Positions 28,688 to 37,608 of a stretch of DNA of 64,000 nt are shown piece by piece. Source of the stretch: Alphaproteobacteria bacterium (lineage in GTDB: Bacteria > Pseudomonadota > Alphaproteobacteria > UBA828). The position numbers and the translations under genes are program-made. Location of the stretch: positions 384,001 to 448,000 of the forward strand of contig CBDCQT010000011.1 in assembly GCA_965220745.1 (NCBI GenBank), written 5' to 3'. The notes beneath the pieces were generated by a model that worked only from the letters and a program-made list of their open reading frames with translations, did not search any database and was not told where the DNA came from. Position 1 is the stretch's first letter, and every line of letters begins with the position of its first letter.

Positions 28688-30289
28688 ATGAGCCGGCGTC
28701 TTTCCAAGTGGTGGCTCCTTCTCGCGGTCTTGCTTACCGCCTGGGCAGGCCTGGCCGTTCCCGCGCTCGCCGACCGGCTGCAGGAAATTCAGGACCGCGG
28801 CCACGTGATCGTCGGCGTCAAGGAGGATTACGCGCCCTTCGGCTTCCGCGACGCAGAGGGAACGCTGGTTGGCTACGACGTGGACGTGGCGCGCGGCTTC
28901 GCAGAGGCCATCGGTGTCGACGTCGAGCTGGTGCCGGTGACCAGCGCCAATCGCCTGCAAAAGGTAGGGCGGGGCGAGATCGACATCGTCGCCGCCACCA
29001 TGGGGGATACCCGCAGCCGCCGCGAGCTGGTCACCATGATCGAGCCGCAATACTACGGCGATGGCGCCAACGTGCTGCTGCGGGATAGCGCCAAGATCGG
29101 CACCTGGGCCGACCTGCGCGGCCAGACCGTCTGCGGGCTTCAGGGCTCGCTCTGGAACCGGCTGGCCAAACAGCGGCTTCTGCTCGATGTGACGGCGTTC
29201 AACAGCACCCGCGAAGCCGCCCAGGCGTTGCGCAACGAGCATTGCGTCGGCTGGATCTACGACGAGGTCCTCCTTCTCCACGAGATCGAGACCGGCGATT
29301 GGGAGGGCTATTCCGTCTCCCTGCCGACGCGCTTCGTGCTGCCCTGGGCCGTCGCCATCGCCAAGGAGGAGGGCGGTGGATCGCTCGATCAGATGCTTGG
29401 CGACACGCTGGCGCAGTGGCATCGCGACGGATTCCTGCAATCGCTGGAAAAGAAGTGGGGCCTGCCGCCTTCTCCGTTCATCCGAGACGCGCGCACCACC
29501 TGGCAAGAGGTCGATGAGGCCGGCGAGCTGAAATGCCAGCGCAACGAGCAGGGTCAGTGGCCGCTGGAATGCCGCGAGGTCGCCCTCGTCACCGGCAGCG
29601 GTATCGGCGGCCTCTCCGGCTTCTCGCTGACCATCATGGAGGTGACGGGTCTCGACATCAGCATTCTGTACGACCCGCTCGACCGAGACGTATTCCTTTA
29701 TGGGCTGGCGCTGACGGCGCTTCTGTCAGTGATCACGGTGGTTGGCAGCATCGTCCTCGGCGTGCTGTTCGGCTGGCTGATGCACCGGCGAGTGCCAGGC
29801 GTGAGCCACTTCCTGCGGGGGTTCAGCGAGTTCATGCGCATGACGCCCCCGCTGCTCCAGCTCTACATCGTGTTTTTCGGCCTGGGCGGCGTCCTGCTGG
29901 CTCTCGGTTTCACCCTCGACGCCTTCCTTGTCGCCGCCGTGGTGCTGTCGCTCTACGCGGCGTCGAGCAATGCCATCGCGTTTTCGCTGGCGGCCGATGT
30001 TGCCGCTGCAGGCGGCCGCCGGCTCCGCCTTACGCCCAGGGATATTCAGCGGGGATTCGCGCTCTGCTACGCCGCAGTCATGGGCAACTCCGCCAACATC
30101 GTGAAAGCCACAGGGATGGCCAGTACCCTCGCGCTGCCCGAGCTCGTCCACGCCAGCACCTCCATCGTGGCCGAAAAGGGCAACGCCGACGTGATGATGA
30201 ATCTGCTTCTGATCTGTTACTTCGTTCTGGTCATCATCACGGTGCAGCTCTTCCGGCGTTTCGAGCGGGGCAAGGCCGTCACGCGATGA
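28688..30289 (+). CDS. Fused SBP (family 3) + amino-acid-ABC-like permease domain
   Basis: Signal peptide; VGVKEDYAPFGF..GYDVDVA..VTSANR..ATMGDT..R; C-terminal TM domain with RMTPPLLQLY (canonical RGTP) and KATGMAS..PEL. Confidence 0.85.
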   Translation: MSRRLSKWWLLLAVLLTAWAGLAVPALADRLQEIQDRGHVIVGVKEDYAPFGFRDAEGTLVGYDVDVARGFAEAIGVDVELVPVTSANRLQKVGRGEIDIVAATMGDTRSRRELVTMIEPQYYGDGANVLLRDSAKIGTWADLRGQTVCGLQGSLWNRLAKQRLLLDVTAFNSTREAAQALRNEHCVGWIYDEVLLLHEIETGDWEGYSVSLPTRFVLPWAVAIAKEEGGGSLDQMLGDTLAQWHRDGFLQSLEKKWGLPPSPFIRDARTTWQEVDEAGELKCQRNEQGQWPLECREVALVTGSGIGGLSGFSLTIMEVTGLDISILYDPLDRDVFLYGLALTALLSVITVVGSIVLGVLFGWLMHRRVPGVSHFLRGFSEFMRMTPPLLQLYIVFFGLGGVLLALGFTLDAFLVAAVVLSLYAASSNAIAFSLAADVAAAGGRRLRLTPRDIQRGFALCYAAVMGNSANIVKATGMASTLALPELVHASTSIVAEKGNADVMMNLLLICYFVLVIITVQLFRRFERGKAVTR

Positions 30290-30963
30290 CCGCGCAGGAG
30301 ACCGTCGACGTCCTGTGGGCCTGGTCGCCTTACCTGGCGGAGGGATTTGGCTGGAACATCATTGTTTCCTTGGTTGCCATGGCCGTCGGTACCATCGTCG
30401 GCCTGGGGCTGGCACTGCTGCGGGGTGGCGCCCACTGGAGTGTGAGGCATAGCGGCAGCGCGGTGACGACGCTCGCGCGCAATGCGCCGACCTTCGTCAT
30501 GTTGTTCTATCTCGCCTACATCATCCCCACCGAGTTCACTCTCTTCGGCGCTGCCGTGACATTCCCGGCGTGGATCAAGGCGTCGCTCGCGTTGGGCATC
30601 GCCGTCGCCGGTTACGTGTCCGACAACGCACTTGCCGCCATACGGCATCTGCGCCGCCATGAGATCGCGGAGGCGCTGCTGTTCGTGCCGGCTTGGACCA
30701 GCTACTTTCTGATCATCGTCATGGCCTCCAGTACCGCCTCGGTAATCGGTGTGCCCGAGCTCGTACGCCGGGCGGATACGGTGATCGGCGCGGTCGACAA
30801 GGTGGGGCTCGCGCTCTGGGTCTATCTTTGGGCCATGATCTGGTTCCTCGGGTTTAGCCTGCTGCTGACCTTCGGCATGAACCGGCTGAGCGGCTATCTC
30901 AGGCGGCAGGCACACCGACCGGAGACGGAGACCACGGACCTCACTGGGAGTCCGCTGCCATGA
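30286..30963 (+). CDS. Amino-acid-ABC-like permease (HisM/GlnP fold, degenerate)
   Basis: ATGA-coupled to the upstream gene; RNAPTFV, SSTASVIGVPEL, several TM helices. Confidence 0.8.
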   Translation: MTAQETVDVLWAWSPYLAEGFGWNIIVSLVAMAVGTIVGLGLALLRGGAHWSVRHSGSAVTTLARNAPTFVMLFYLAYIIPTEFTLFGAAVTFPAWIKASLALGIAVAGYVSDNALAAIRHLRRHEIAEALLFVPAWTSYFLIIVMASSTASVIGVPELVRRADTVIGAVDKVGLALWVYLWAMIWFLGFSLLLTFGMNRLSGYLRRQAHRPETETTDLTGSPLP

Positions 30964-31018
30964 CGGCGTCCCCCGCCCGGCGTCGGCAGTCGCTGGGCAC
31001 CGTTGCCGACCGCTCCCC

Positions 31019-33004
31019 GTGACCCTTTCCAGACGACTGATCATCACGGTCGCCGCGTCCGTCGGCGTCGCGATCATCGGCGTCGCGCTGGCGATGGGCT
31101 TGCTCGCGCGCGATGCCTTGATCGAGCAGGCCGAAGATCAGGCGCGGCTCGTCGCCGGGCTGATCGCGAGCGAAGCCAACCGTGCGGAGCACACCGCCGA
31201 CGAGATCGACCGAATGATCGTCGGGCAGATGGAAGCGCAGGCGCTGGCCATCGCGCGCCATCTCGACAACCGCGCGCATGGGACAGAGGACGAGGACGCC
31301 CTCGGCATCTATTTCGCAAAGCTGACGGCGGACAGCGTTGTTGATGATGTCTGGCTGCTGGACGAGGCCGGTACGCCGCTGCTGCGCGCGGTCGAAGGCC
31401 TGAGCCAGAGCGATGCGCCGGATCTGGCGTCCGCCGGGATCGATCCCCGTGTCGTGGAGGCCTTAGTCTCGGGGCGGCGTTTTTCCGTCGCCTTCCAGTC
31501 GATGCCGCCGAAGGGGTTGGAAAAGCCTATCAGGTACGTCGGCGTTCGCGCAGGCACTCGCGAATCCGTGCTGGTCGGGACGCTGGCGGCCGACACCGGC
31601 GGTCCCGGTGAGGTCATCGGCATCGACGCGGCTCTGGATTCGCTGGCTGGGCGGGAGGCCGTCCAGGCGATCTGGGTGGTCAACGACTTGCTTCACCTCA
31701 TCGGCATGGCCACCTTCGGGGGCAGAGACGTCTCCGAAGCCGAGGCGGCGTTGTCGGCGGAGGACCAGGACCTTGCCACCCGCGCTCTCGGCATCGACGG
31801 CGCCGTCTCGTATCTCGGCGAGCATGCCCTCCATGTGGCGGCGCCAATCCTCGATCGCGGCGGGGTCGCCACGGGCGCCGCCGTAATCCACATGCAACGA
31901 GACCATCTGGATCAGCTGTTCGCGGATCACATCAAGTACGGATTGATCGTGGCTGCGGCAGCCTTCGCCATCGGCTCGCTCATCGCGGCGTTCTCCGCGC
32001 GCCGTATCGTGCAGCCGGTCACCGCGTTGACCACGGCGGCAGCGGAGGTGGACACCGATACGCTCAGTTTTGCCCCGGAAACGCTGGACCCGGTGGCCGT
32101 TCGGCGGGACGAGCTCGGGACGCTGGTCCGCGTCTTCCAAAACATGGTGCGCCAGGTCCAGGCGCGCGAGGAATATCTGGAAAGCATGGTCCGCGCCCGC
32201 ACGCGCGAGCTGGAAGCGTCGAACGCGCAGCTGGAAAAAGCCAAGGAGCGGATGGAATCGGAGCTCAAGATCGCGCACGCCTTGCAGGGAGCGATCCTAC
32301 CCAAGACGTTGCCGGAGAGTTCGAGCTTTTCGGGGCACGCAGTCATGACGCCTGCGCGCGAAATGGGCGGCGACTTCTACGACTTCTTCACCCTCGACGA
32401 CGGTCGCCTCAGCGTGGTCATGGCGGACGTTTCCGGTAAGGGCGTGCCGGCCGCGTTCTTTATGGCGATCGCGCGGACCGTCATGCGGGCCGCCGCGGCC
32501 CGGCACCCCACCCCGGGCCCGTGCCTGGAGGAAGTCAACGACGCCATTTGCGAGCAGAATCCCCAGGACCTGTTCGTGACGCTCTTCTACGGCATCCTGA
32601 ATCCCGAGACTGGAGAGTTCGTGTACGCCAACGCCGGGCACAACCCGCCCTACGTGGTTCAGCATCCTGGCGCAGTTTCGGCGTTGCCAATGACCGGGGG
32701 CATGGCCGTCGGTGTCATGCCCGGATTGCCCTATGCCGAGGACGCGGTAAATCTGGCTCCGGGAGACACGATGTTCCTCTACACCGACGGCATCACCGAG
32801 GCCATGAACGTGGACGACGAGGAGTTCACCGAGGCCCGCCTGGAGGCGGTCTTGGCCGAAGGTCGCGATCTGCCTGTCGATTCCATCCTTGAGAATGTCA
32901 CCAGCGCGGTGGTTAACTTCGCTGCCGGAGCAGAGCAGTCCGACGACATCACCTGCATCGTGCTGCGCTATGACGGTACGGCAGATCACGGCGCCTCCGG
33001 CTGA
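31019..33004 (+). CDS. Membrane-bound HAMP-domain PP2C/SpoIIE (RsbU-like) serine phosphatase
   Basis: TM, large extracytoplasmic region, TM, HAMP (RRDELGTL), coiled coil, GGDFYD, ADVSGKG, NAGHNPP, YTDGITEA, DDIT. Confidence 0.92.
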   Translation: MTLSRRLIITVAASVGVAIIGVALAMGLLARDALIEQAEDQARLVAGLIASEANRAEHTADEIDRMIVGQMEAQALAIARHLDNRAHGTEDEDALGIYFAKLTADSVVDDVWLLDEAGTPLLRAVEGLSQSDAPDLASAGIDPRVVEALVSGRRFSVAFQSMPPKGLEKPIRYVGVRAGTRESVLVGTLAADTGGPGEVIGIDAALDSLAGREAVQAIWVVNDLLHLIGMATFGGRDVSEAEAALSAEDQDLATRALGIDGAVSYLGEHALHVAAPILDRGGVATGAAVIHMQRDHLDQLFADHIKYGLIVAAAAFAIGSLIAAFSARRIVQPVTALTTAAAEVDTDTLSFAPETLDPVAVRRDELGTLVRVFQNMVRQVQAREEYLESMVRARTRELEASNAQLEKAKERMESELKIAHALQGAILPKTLPESSSFSGHAVMTPAREMGGDFYDFFTLDDGRLSVVMADVSGKGVPAAFFMAIARTVMRAAAARHPTPGPCLEEVNDAICEQNPQDLFVTLFYGILNPETGEFVYANAGHNPPYVVQHPGAVSALPMTGGMAVGVMPGLPYAEDAVNLAPGDTMFLYTDGITEAMNVDDEEFTEARLEAVLAEGRDLPVDSILENVTSAVVNFAAGAEQSDDITCIVLRYDGTADHGASG

Positions 33005-33668
33005 GGGCGGCTGGTTGTGCCATCGCGCAGCAACGTATCAAATGAGCGAAGACCATCTGGGGGTGAAGAAATCGGTAGCGGAAATTGCTCTTCCACGCTG
33101 TCATAAGAGAACACGTGCGGTGTGGAACCAGCGCAAACGACGTCAGCTCGAGGTTTGGCGTCAGAAAATGAGTTTCCGAAGCGGCGAAACAGGGAGGCGA
33201 TGATCATGAGCGGATACGAGAAAGTGCCCCCGTAAGAGCAGCTAAGGTGAAGGCGACCGGCGATACCGAGGCGAAAGGGATCGTTGGCGGGACAAGGCAA
33301 GGGAGCCCAAATCACGCCAGCCGACGGAAGGAGAGTTCACGAATTCCGCCGGCGGCCGAAGCCCCGACATTCCGTCGCGAAACCGCCGAGTTGGTCCGCT
33401 AGAACCGAAGCTGCACAGCCAATCCCACGCGTCCCAGCGGGCCCCTGAATTTTGCCAGAGGCCCGGGCGGGGCAGCTACAACAAGCCCGACCAAGCGAGA
33501 TGGGTTCCCTGTCGCCTGGACGGGGCCAAACCTTACGGTCGAACGTTCGACGCCTCGACCTGGGACGGATGGGAGGTATCGGTGGATCCACCCCGGCCCC
33601 TATCGGTGGGCCGGCACAGCGCGACTCAAACATTTTCGTCGTTGCGGTCGCGCCCTTAGGGATAAGCC

Positions 33669-34613
33669 ATGCCCGTTACGTTGCGCCAGCTAAGATACTT
33701 TCAAGCACTGATCGAGCACGGCTCCTTCAGTCGCGCGGCAGAGAGCGTTCACGTCTCGCAACCGGCGCTTTCGCTCCAAATTCGCGAACTGGAGGCTTCG
33801 CTTGGCGGACCGCTGGTCGAGCGCGAGAGCCGCGGCATCCTCCTCACCCCCCTCGGGCGGGAGGCGCATGAGCAGACGCTCCGGATCCTGGACGAAACGC
33901 TGCTTCTCGAAACCATGGGGCAGCGATTCGAAGCGGGTCCGCTCAGAGTCGCCGTTGGAGTCGTCTCTACGCTCGCGCCCTACCTGCTCCCAGGAATGCT
34001 GAGCCATCTGCCCGACGCTTCACCCCGTATCGAAATCGACATCCTGGAAGCACCGGGCCAGGACCTCGTGTCCGGGCTCCTCGCCGGACGTCTCGACGCC
34101 GCCATCGTCTCGCTTCCGCTGGGAATGCTGGAGCTGCCCGAGCGCGAGCTGTTCGAGGACCGCCTCGTGCTCGCCGGCCGCGCCGAGCGTCTCGCCTCGA
34201 TTCGCCGCTCTCTCGGCGACGACTTGCGCCCGGAGGACCTGGCCCGCGCCGACATAGGGCCGCTCCTTACGCTCGGCGACGGTCATTGCCTGGCTGATCA
34301 GGTTCTGGGTGCCTGCCTGATGTGGCGCATGCAAGAGGTGCGCCGCGGAGCACAATCGCTCGCCACACTGTCGCGGCTCGTCGCAAGCGGTGCGGGATTG
34401 ACGCTCCTGCCTGAGACGGCCGCGCTCGCCGAGAGCACGGCCACCCCGGAGCTGAGTTTTCTCCGTTTCGCTGCGCCTGAGCCCCTGCGGCGGATCGGCC
34501 TCACCCATCGCGTCGCCGCTCACGGCCAACGCTGGATCGATCTGCTGGCGGAGGCTGCGACGAGAGCCGGTCAGGCTCTCACGGAGGAGGCACAGAAAGA
34601 AATCGGATCGTGA
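33669..34613 (+). CDS. oxyR: LysR-family regulator, OxyR-like
   Basis: LRQLRYF..SFSRAA..VSQPALS; GHCLADQVLGAC keeps the OxyR C-x8-C redox pair. Confidence 0.7.
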   Translation: MPVTLRQLRYFQALIEHGSFSRAAESVHVSQPALSLQIRELEASLGGPLVERESRGILLTPLGREAHEQTLRILDETLLLETMGQRFEAGPLRVAVGVVSTLAPYLLPGMLSHLPDASPRIEIDILEAPGQDLVSGLLAGRLDAAIVSLPLGMLELPERELFEDRLVLAGRAERLASIRRSLGDDLRPEDLARADIGPLLTLGDGHCLADQVLGACLMWRMQEVRRGAQSLATLSRLVASGAGLTLLPETAALAESTATPELSFLRFAAPEPLRRIGLTHRVAAHGQRWIDLLAEAATRAGQALTEEAQKEIGS

Positions 34614-34659
34614 GCATAGCCGCGCCTCTTGCGCGGAGGGGTGATTGGGCTTCAGGCAG

Positions 34660-34998
34660 TCAGCCGTCGACAGAAGCGAGTGCTTCGTCTCGCGACGCGT
34701 GGACCGGGATGATGGTGTCGAAGCCGCTCGTCTCGAAGACGACCCGGACCTGATCCGAAAGCGAGTGCAGCGCGAACCGCGTGTCGCGATTCGAAAGGCT
34801 CTTGGCGATCGCGAGTACGGTACGGAGGCCCGCGCTACCCAGGTACTCGAGCCTCTCGCAGTCCACGATGACCGCGCGGTCGCTGTCGGCGATCGCAGTT
34901 TCGATCGCCTCCCGGAACTCGAGCACGGTGGAGCCGTCAATGCGGCCTTCCACCCGCACCGATAGCACGCCGTCCTTCCGATCCATCGTTACGTCCAT
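34660..34998 (-). CDS. STAS-domain anti-sigma-factor antagonist (RsbV/SpoIIAA-like)
   Basis: 112 aa; VEGRID, IVDCERLEYLGSAGLR (phospho-Ser motif), VFETSGF. Confidence 0.9.
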   Translation of the reverse strand: MDVTMDRKDGVLSVRVEGRIDGSTVLEFREAIETAIADSDRAVIVDCERLEYLGSAGLRTVLAIAKSLSNRDTRFALHSLSDQVRVVFETSGFDTIIPVHASRDEALASVDG

Positions 34999-35080
34999 GG
35001 CGCCTGACCCCGCCACGAGTGCCCCTGTTGCGGCTCGACCCGATTCCGCCTGGTGCGGCGTTCGCTTCGCTCGACCGGCG

Positions 35081-36385
35081 TCATACGACAGCGAGCCGCT
35101 CAAGCGCAGGCGGGCGCGGCCCTCCGGTCGCCCAGTCGAGCAACTCGACCGTGTGCACCACCGGCAACGTGGTGTGGCCGGCGATCTGGACCATGCAGCC
35201 GATATTGCCTGCAGCCACGAGCGCGGCACCGGTGCCTTCGATTGCCGCTGCCTTGCGAGCGCCGAGTTCACCGGCCAAGTCGGGCTGAAGCATATTGTAT
35301 GTGCCCGCCGAGCCGCAGCAGAAATGCCCGTCCGGGACCGTTCGCACGGTAAAGCCGGCAGCGGCAAGGAGCGTCATCGGCTGTCGGTCGAGCTTCTGGC
35401 CGTGCTGCAGCGAGCAGGCCGAGTGATAGGCGACGGGTGCATTCGTCGGCGGCGTCGCGGAGCCCGAGACGCCCAGTTCGTCGAGCACCTCGCTGACATC
35501 GCGGGCGAGCGCTGCCACCTGCGCCCCGGCTTCGGCGCGGGTCTCGTCGTCCTTGAGCAGGTGGCCAAAGTCCTTGAGCATCGTCCCGCAGCCGGACGCC
35601 GTGGCGACGATCGCATCGAGACCGCCCTGGGCTGCCTCGCGCGCGAATGAGGCCGCCGTACGTCCGGCTTGCGCGTGGCCCCGCTCCTCGTCTCCCAGAT
35701 GGTGCGCAAGTGCGCCGCAACAGCCGGCGCCGCGCGGCACCACCACTTCGCAGCCGTGGCGCGTGAGCACGCGTACCGCCGCTTCGTTGATCTCCGGCGC
35801 GAGCACGCATTGCACGCAACCCGTGAGCAGCGCCACCCGCTTGCGCCGCTGCCCCTGGGCCGGGATGACCTGCGGCCGTTCCACCCAGCTCGGTCCGTAC
35901 GACGGACGGCCCGCAAGCCTGAGCAGGGCGCCGAGCCTTCCACCGAAGAGCGGCGCCAGCAGCGCCGGCCCCCGCGCGGCGAGGAGCGCAAGGCGCGCCA
36001 AACTGGGGCGGGGCAGCACAGCGCCCAGCAGGGTGCGAATCGCGCGCTCGACGAGCGGTCGTTCCCAGGTGCGCTCGATGTGGCCGCGCGCATGGTCGAC
36101 CAAGTGCATGTAGTCGACCCCCGCCGGGCAGGTCGTCATGCAGGAGAGGCAGGAGAGGCAGCGGTCGATGTGGCGGGTGACCGTGGCGTCGGCCGGCGCG
36201 TCCTGCTCCAGCATGTCCTTGATCAGGTAGATGCGCCCGCGCGGACTGTCCCGCTCGTCGCCAAGGATCGCGTAAGTCGGGCAGGTGGCGAGGCAGAGAC
36301 CGCAATGGACGCAGGTGCGGAGCACCTCGTTGGCTTGCGCCAGTGCCGGGAGCGCCAGCTGGCTCTCGGTGAACTGGGTCTGCAT
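35081..36385 (-). CDS. glcF: Glycolate oxidase Fe-S subunit
   Basis: MQTQF..CVHCGLCLATCPTY..DSPRGRI, CLSCLSCMTTCP, CCG domains, CCGSAGTYN. Confidence 0.93.
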   Translation of the reverse strand: MQTQFTESQLALPALAQANEVLRTCVHCGLCLATCPTYAILGDERDSPRGRIYLIKDMLEQDAPADATVTRHIDRCLSCLSCMTTCPAGVDYMHLVDHARGHIERTWERPLVERAIRTLLGAVLPRPSLARLALLAARGPALLAPLFGGRLGALLRLAGRPSYGPSWVERPQVIPAQGQRRKRVALLTGCVQCVLAPEINEAAVRVLTRHGCEVVVPRGAGCCGALAHHLGDEERGHAQAGRTAASFAREAAQGGLDAIVATASGCGTMLKDFGHLLKDDETRAEAGAQVAALARDVSEVLDELGVSGSATPPTNAPVAYHSACSLQHGQKLDRQPMTLLAAAGFTVRTVPDGHFCCGSAGTYNMLQPDLAGELGARKAAAIEGTGAALVAAGNIGCMVQIAGHTTLPVVHTVELLDWATGGPRPPALERLAVV

Positions 36386-36390
36386 CGGCG

Positions 36391-37608
36391 CTAGACGCCC
36401 GCGTACATGCGCCCGGGATTGAGCACGCCGGTCGGATCGAAAGCCCGCTTGATGCGCTCGGTCAGAGCCGCGAGGCCCGCCGCCTGGGGCTGGAATACCG
36501 CGCGTGCCGCCCGTGTCGGCGCATCGGCGCGGACCAGAGTCGCGTGCCCGCCCACCGCCGTGGCGGCAGCCCGCACCGCCGCTTCGCCCGCATCCTCCGC
36601 CCCGTCGACCGCAAGCCAGACGAGCCCGCCGCCCCAATCGAAAAGGGTGCGCACGTCTGCCGCGTGCGCGACCCGTGCGGCGGCGGCTGCACCCGATGCG
36701 GGCGGCACCGAGAGGCGCCAGAGCGGCCCGCTTTCGTCGACAAAGGCCCGGACGTCCCGAATTTCGCTCCAGAGTGTGGCCGAGTTCTTCGAGTGAAGCT
36801 CCTCGACCGCGCCGAAGCGCCCGAGCAGCTCACGTAACGCCTGGCAGCGCGCCTCGACCGAAGCGGGGAAGCCTTCGACCCGAACCGCGCTGACCGAAGC
36901 ACCGGCGCTCGCGACGTAGGAGACGGCCGAGCGCGCCGCGGCCTCGGCCGGCATGTGGGCCGCGCCCGAGACCTCGTGCGCGCTGGAGAGTGCAGCCTCC
37001 AAGGCGTCCATCGCCGCAGCCGGCTCCAGCCCATAGACCAGGACTGTACGCGTCCGCTCCGGCGTGGGCAGGACCTTGACCGTCACCTCGTGCATGAGTG
37101 CGAGCGTGCCGTAGGAGCCTGCGAGCAGCTTGCAGACATCGTAACCGGTCACGTTCTTGACCACGCGGCCGCCGGCCTTGAAGCGCTCGCCCCGCCCGCT
37201 TACCGCGTGCACGCCAAGAAAGTGATCGCGCGCTGCGCCCGCCTTGATCCGACGCGGGCCAGAGAGGTTGCAGGCCAGCGCACCGCCGAGCGTCGCGCTG
37301 CCGTTCGTGCCCAACAGGGGCGCATAATCGGCGGGCTCGAACGCCAGCATCTGCCGCTCGGCCCTGATCGCGGCTTCAATAGTGGCGAGCGGCGTTGCCG
37401 CCTTGGCCGTCAGCACGAGCTCCGAGGGCTGATAGTCGACGATGCCGTCGAACGCGGCGAGCGAGAGGGTGGCCGCGCTCTGCACCGGCCGGCCAAAGTC
37501 CCGCTTGGAGCCGCCGGCGATGACCTCAAGCGGTTGTTCGCCTGCAACGGCCCAGCGCACGGCATCCGCGAGGCCGTCCGCGTCCGTCGGCGCCAGATTG
37601 TCGGACAT
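36391..37608 (-). CDS. glcE: Glycolate oxidase FAD-binding subunit
   Basis: YQPSELV, QMLAFEP, GPRRIKAGAARDH, GGRVVKNVTGYD, DWGGGLVW, FDPTGVLNPGR. Confidence 0.92.
   Translation of the reverse strand: MSDNLAPTDADGLADAVRWAVAGEQPLEVIAGGSKRDFGRPVQSAATLSLAAFDGIVDYQPSELVLTAKAATPLATIEAAIRAERQMLAFEPADYAPLLGTNGSATLGGALACNLSGPRRIKAGAARDHFLGVHAVSGRGERFKAGGRVVKNVTGYDVCKLLAGSYGTLALMHEVTVKVLPTPERTRTVLVYGLEPAAAMDALEAALSSAHEVSGAAHMPAEAAARSAVSYVASAGASVSAVRVEGFPASVEARCQALRELLGRFGAVEELHSKNSATLWSEIRDVRAFVDESGPLWRLSVPPASGAAAAARVAHAADVRTLFDWGGGLVWLAVDGAEDAGEAAVRAAATAVGGHATLVRADAPTRAARAVFQPQAAGLAALTERIKRAFDPTGVLNPGRMYAGV

Noticed and set aside
33323-33377. Glycine riboswitch-like GGAGAG..CCGAAG within a GACGGAA/TTCCGTC stem
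   Set aside because: The conserved YTCAGG element and the tandem aptamer are absent
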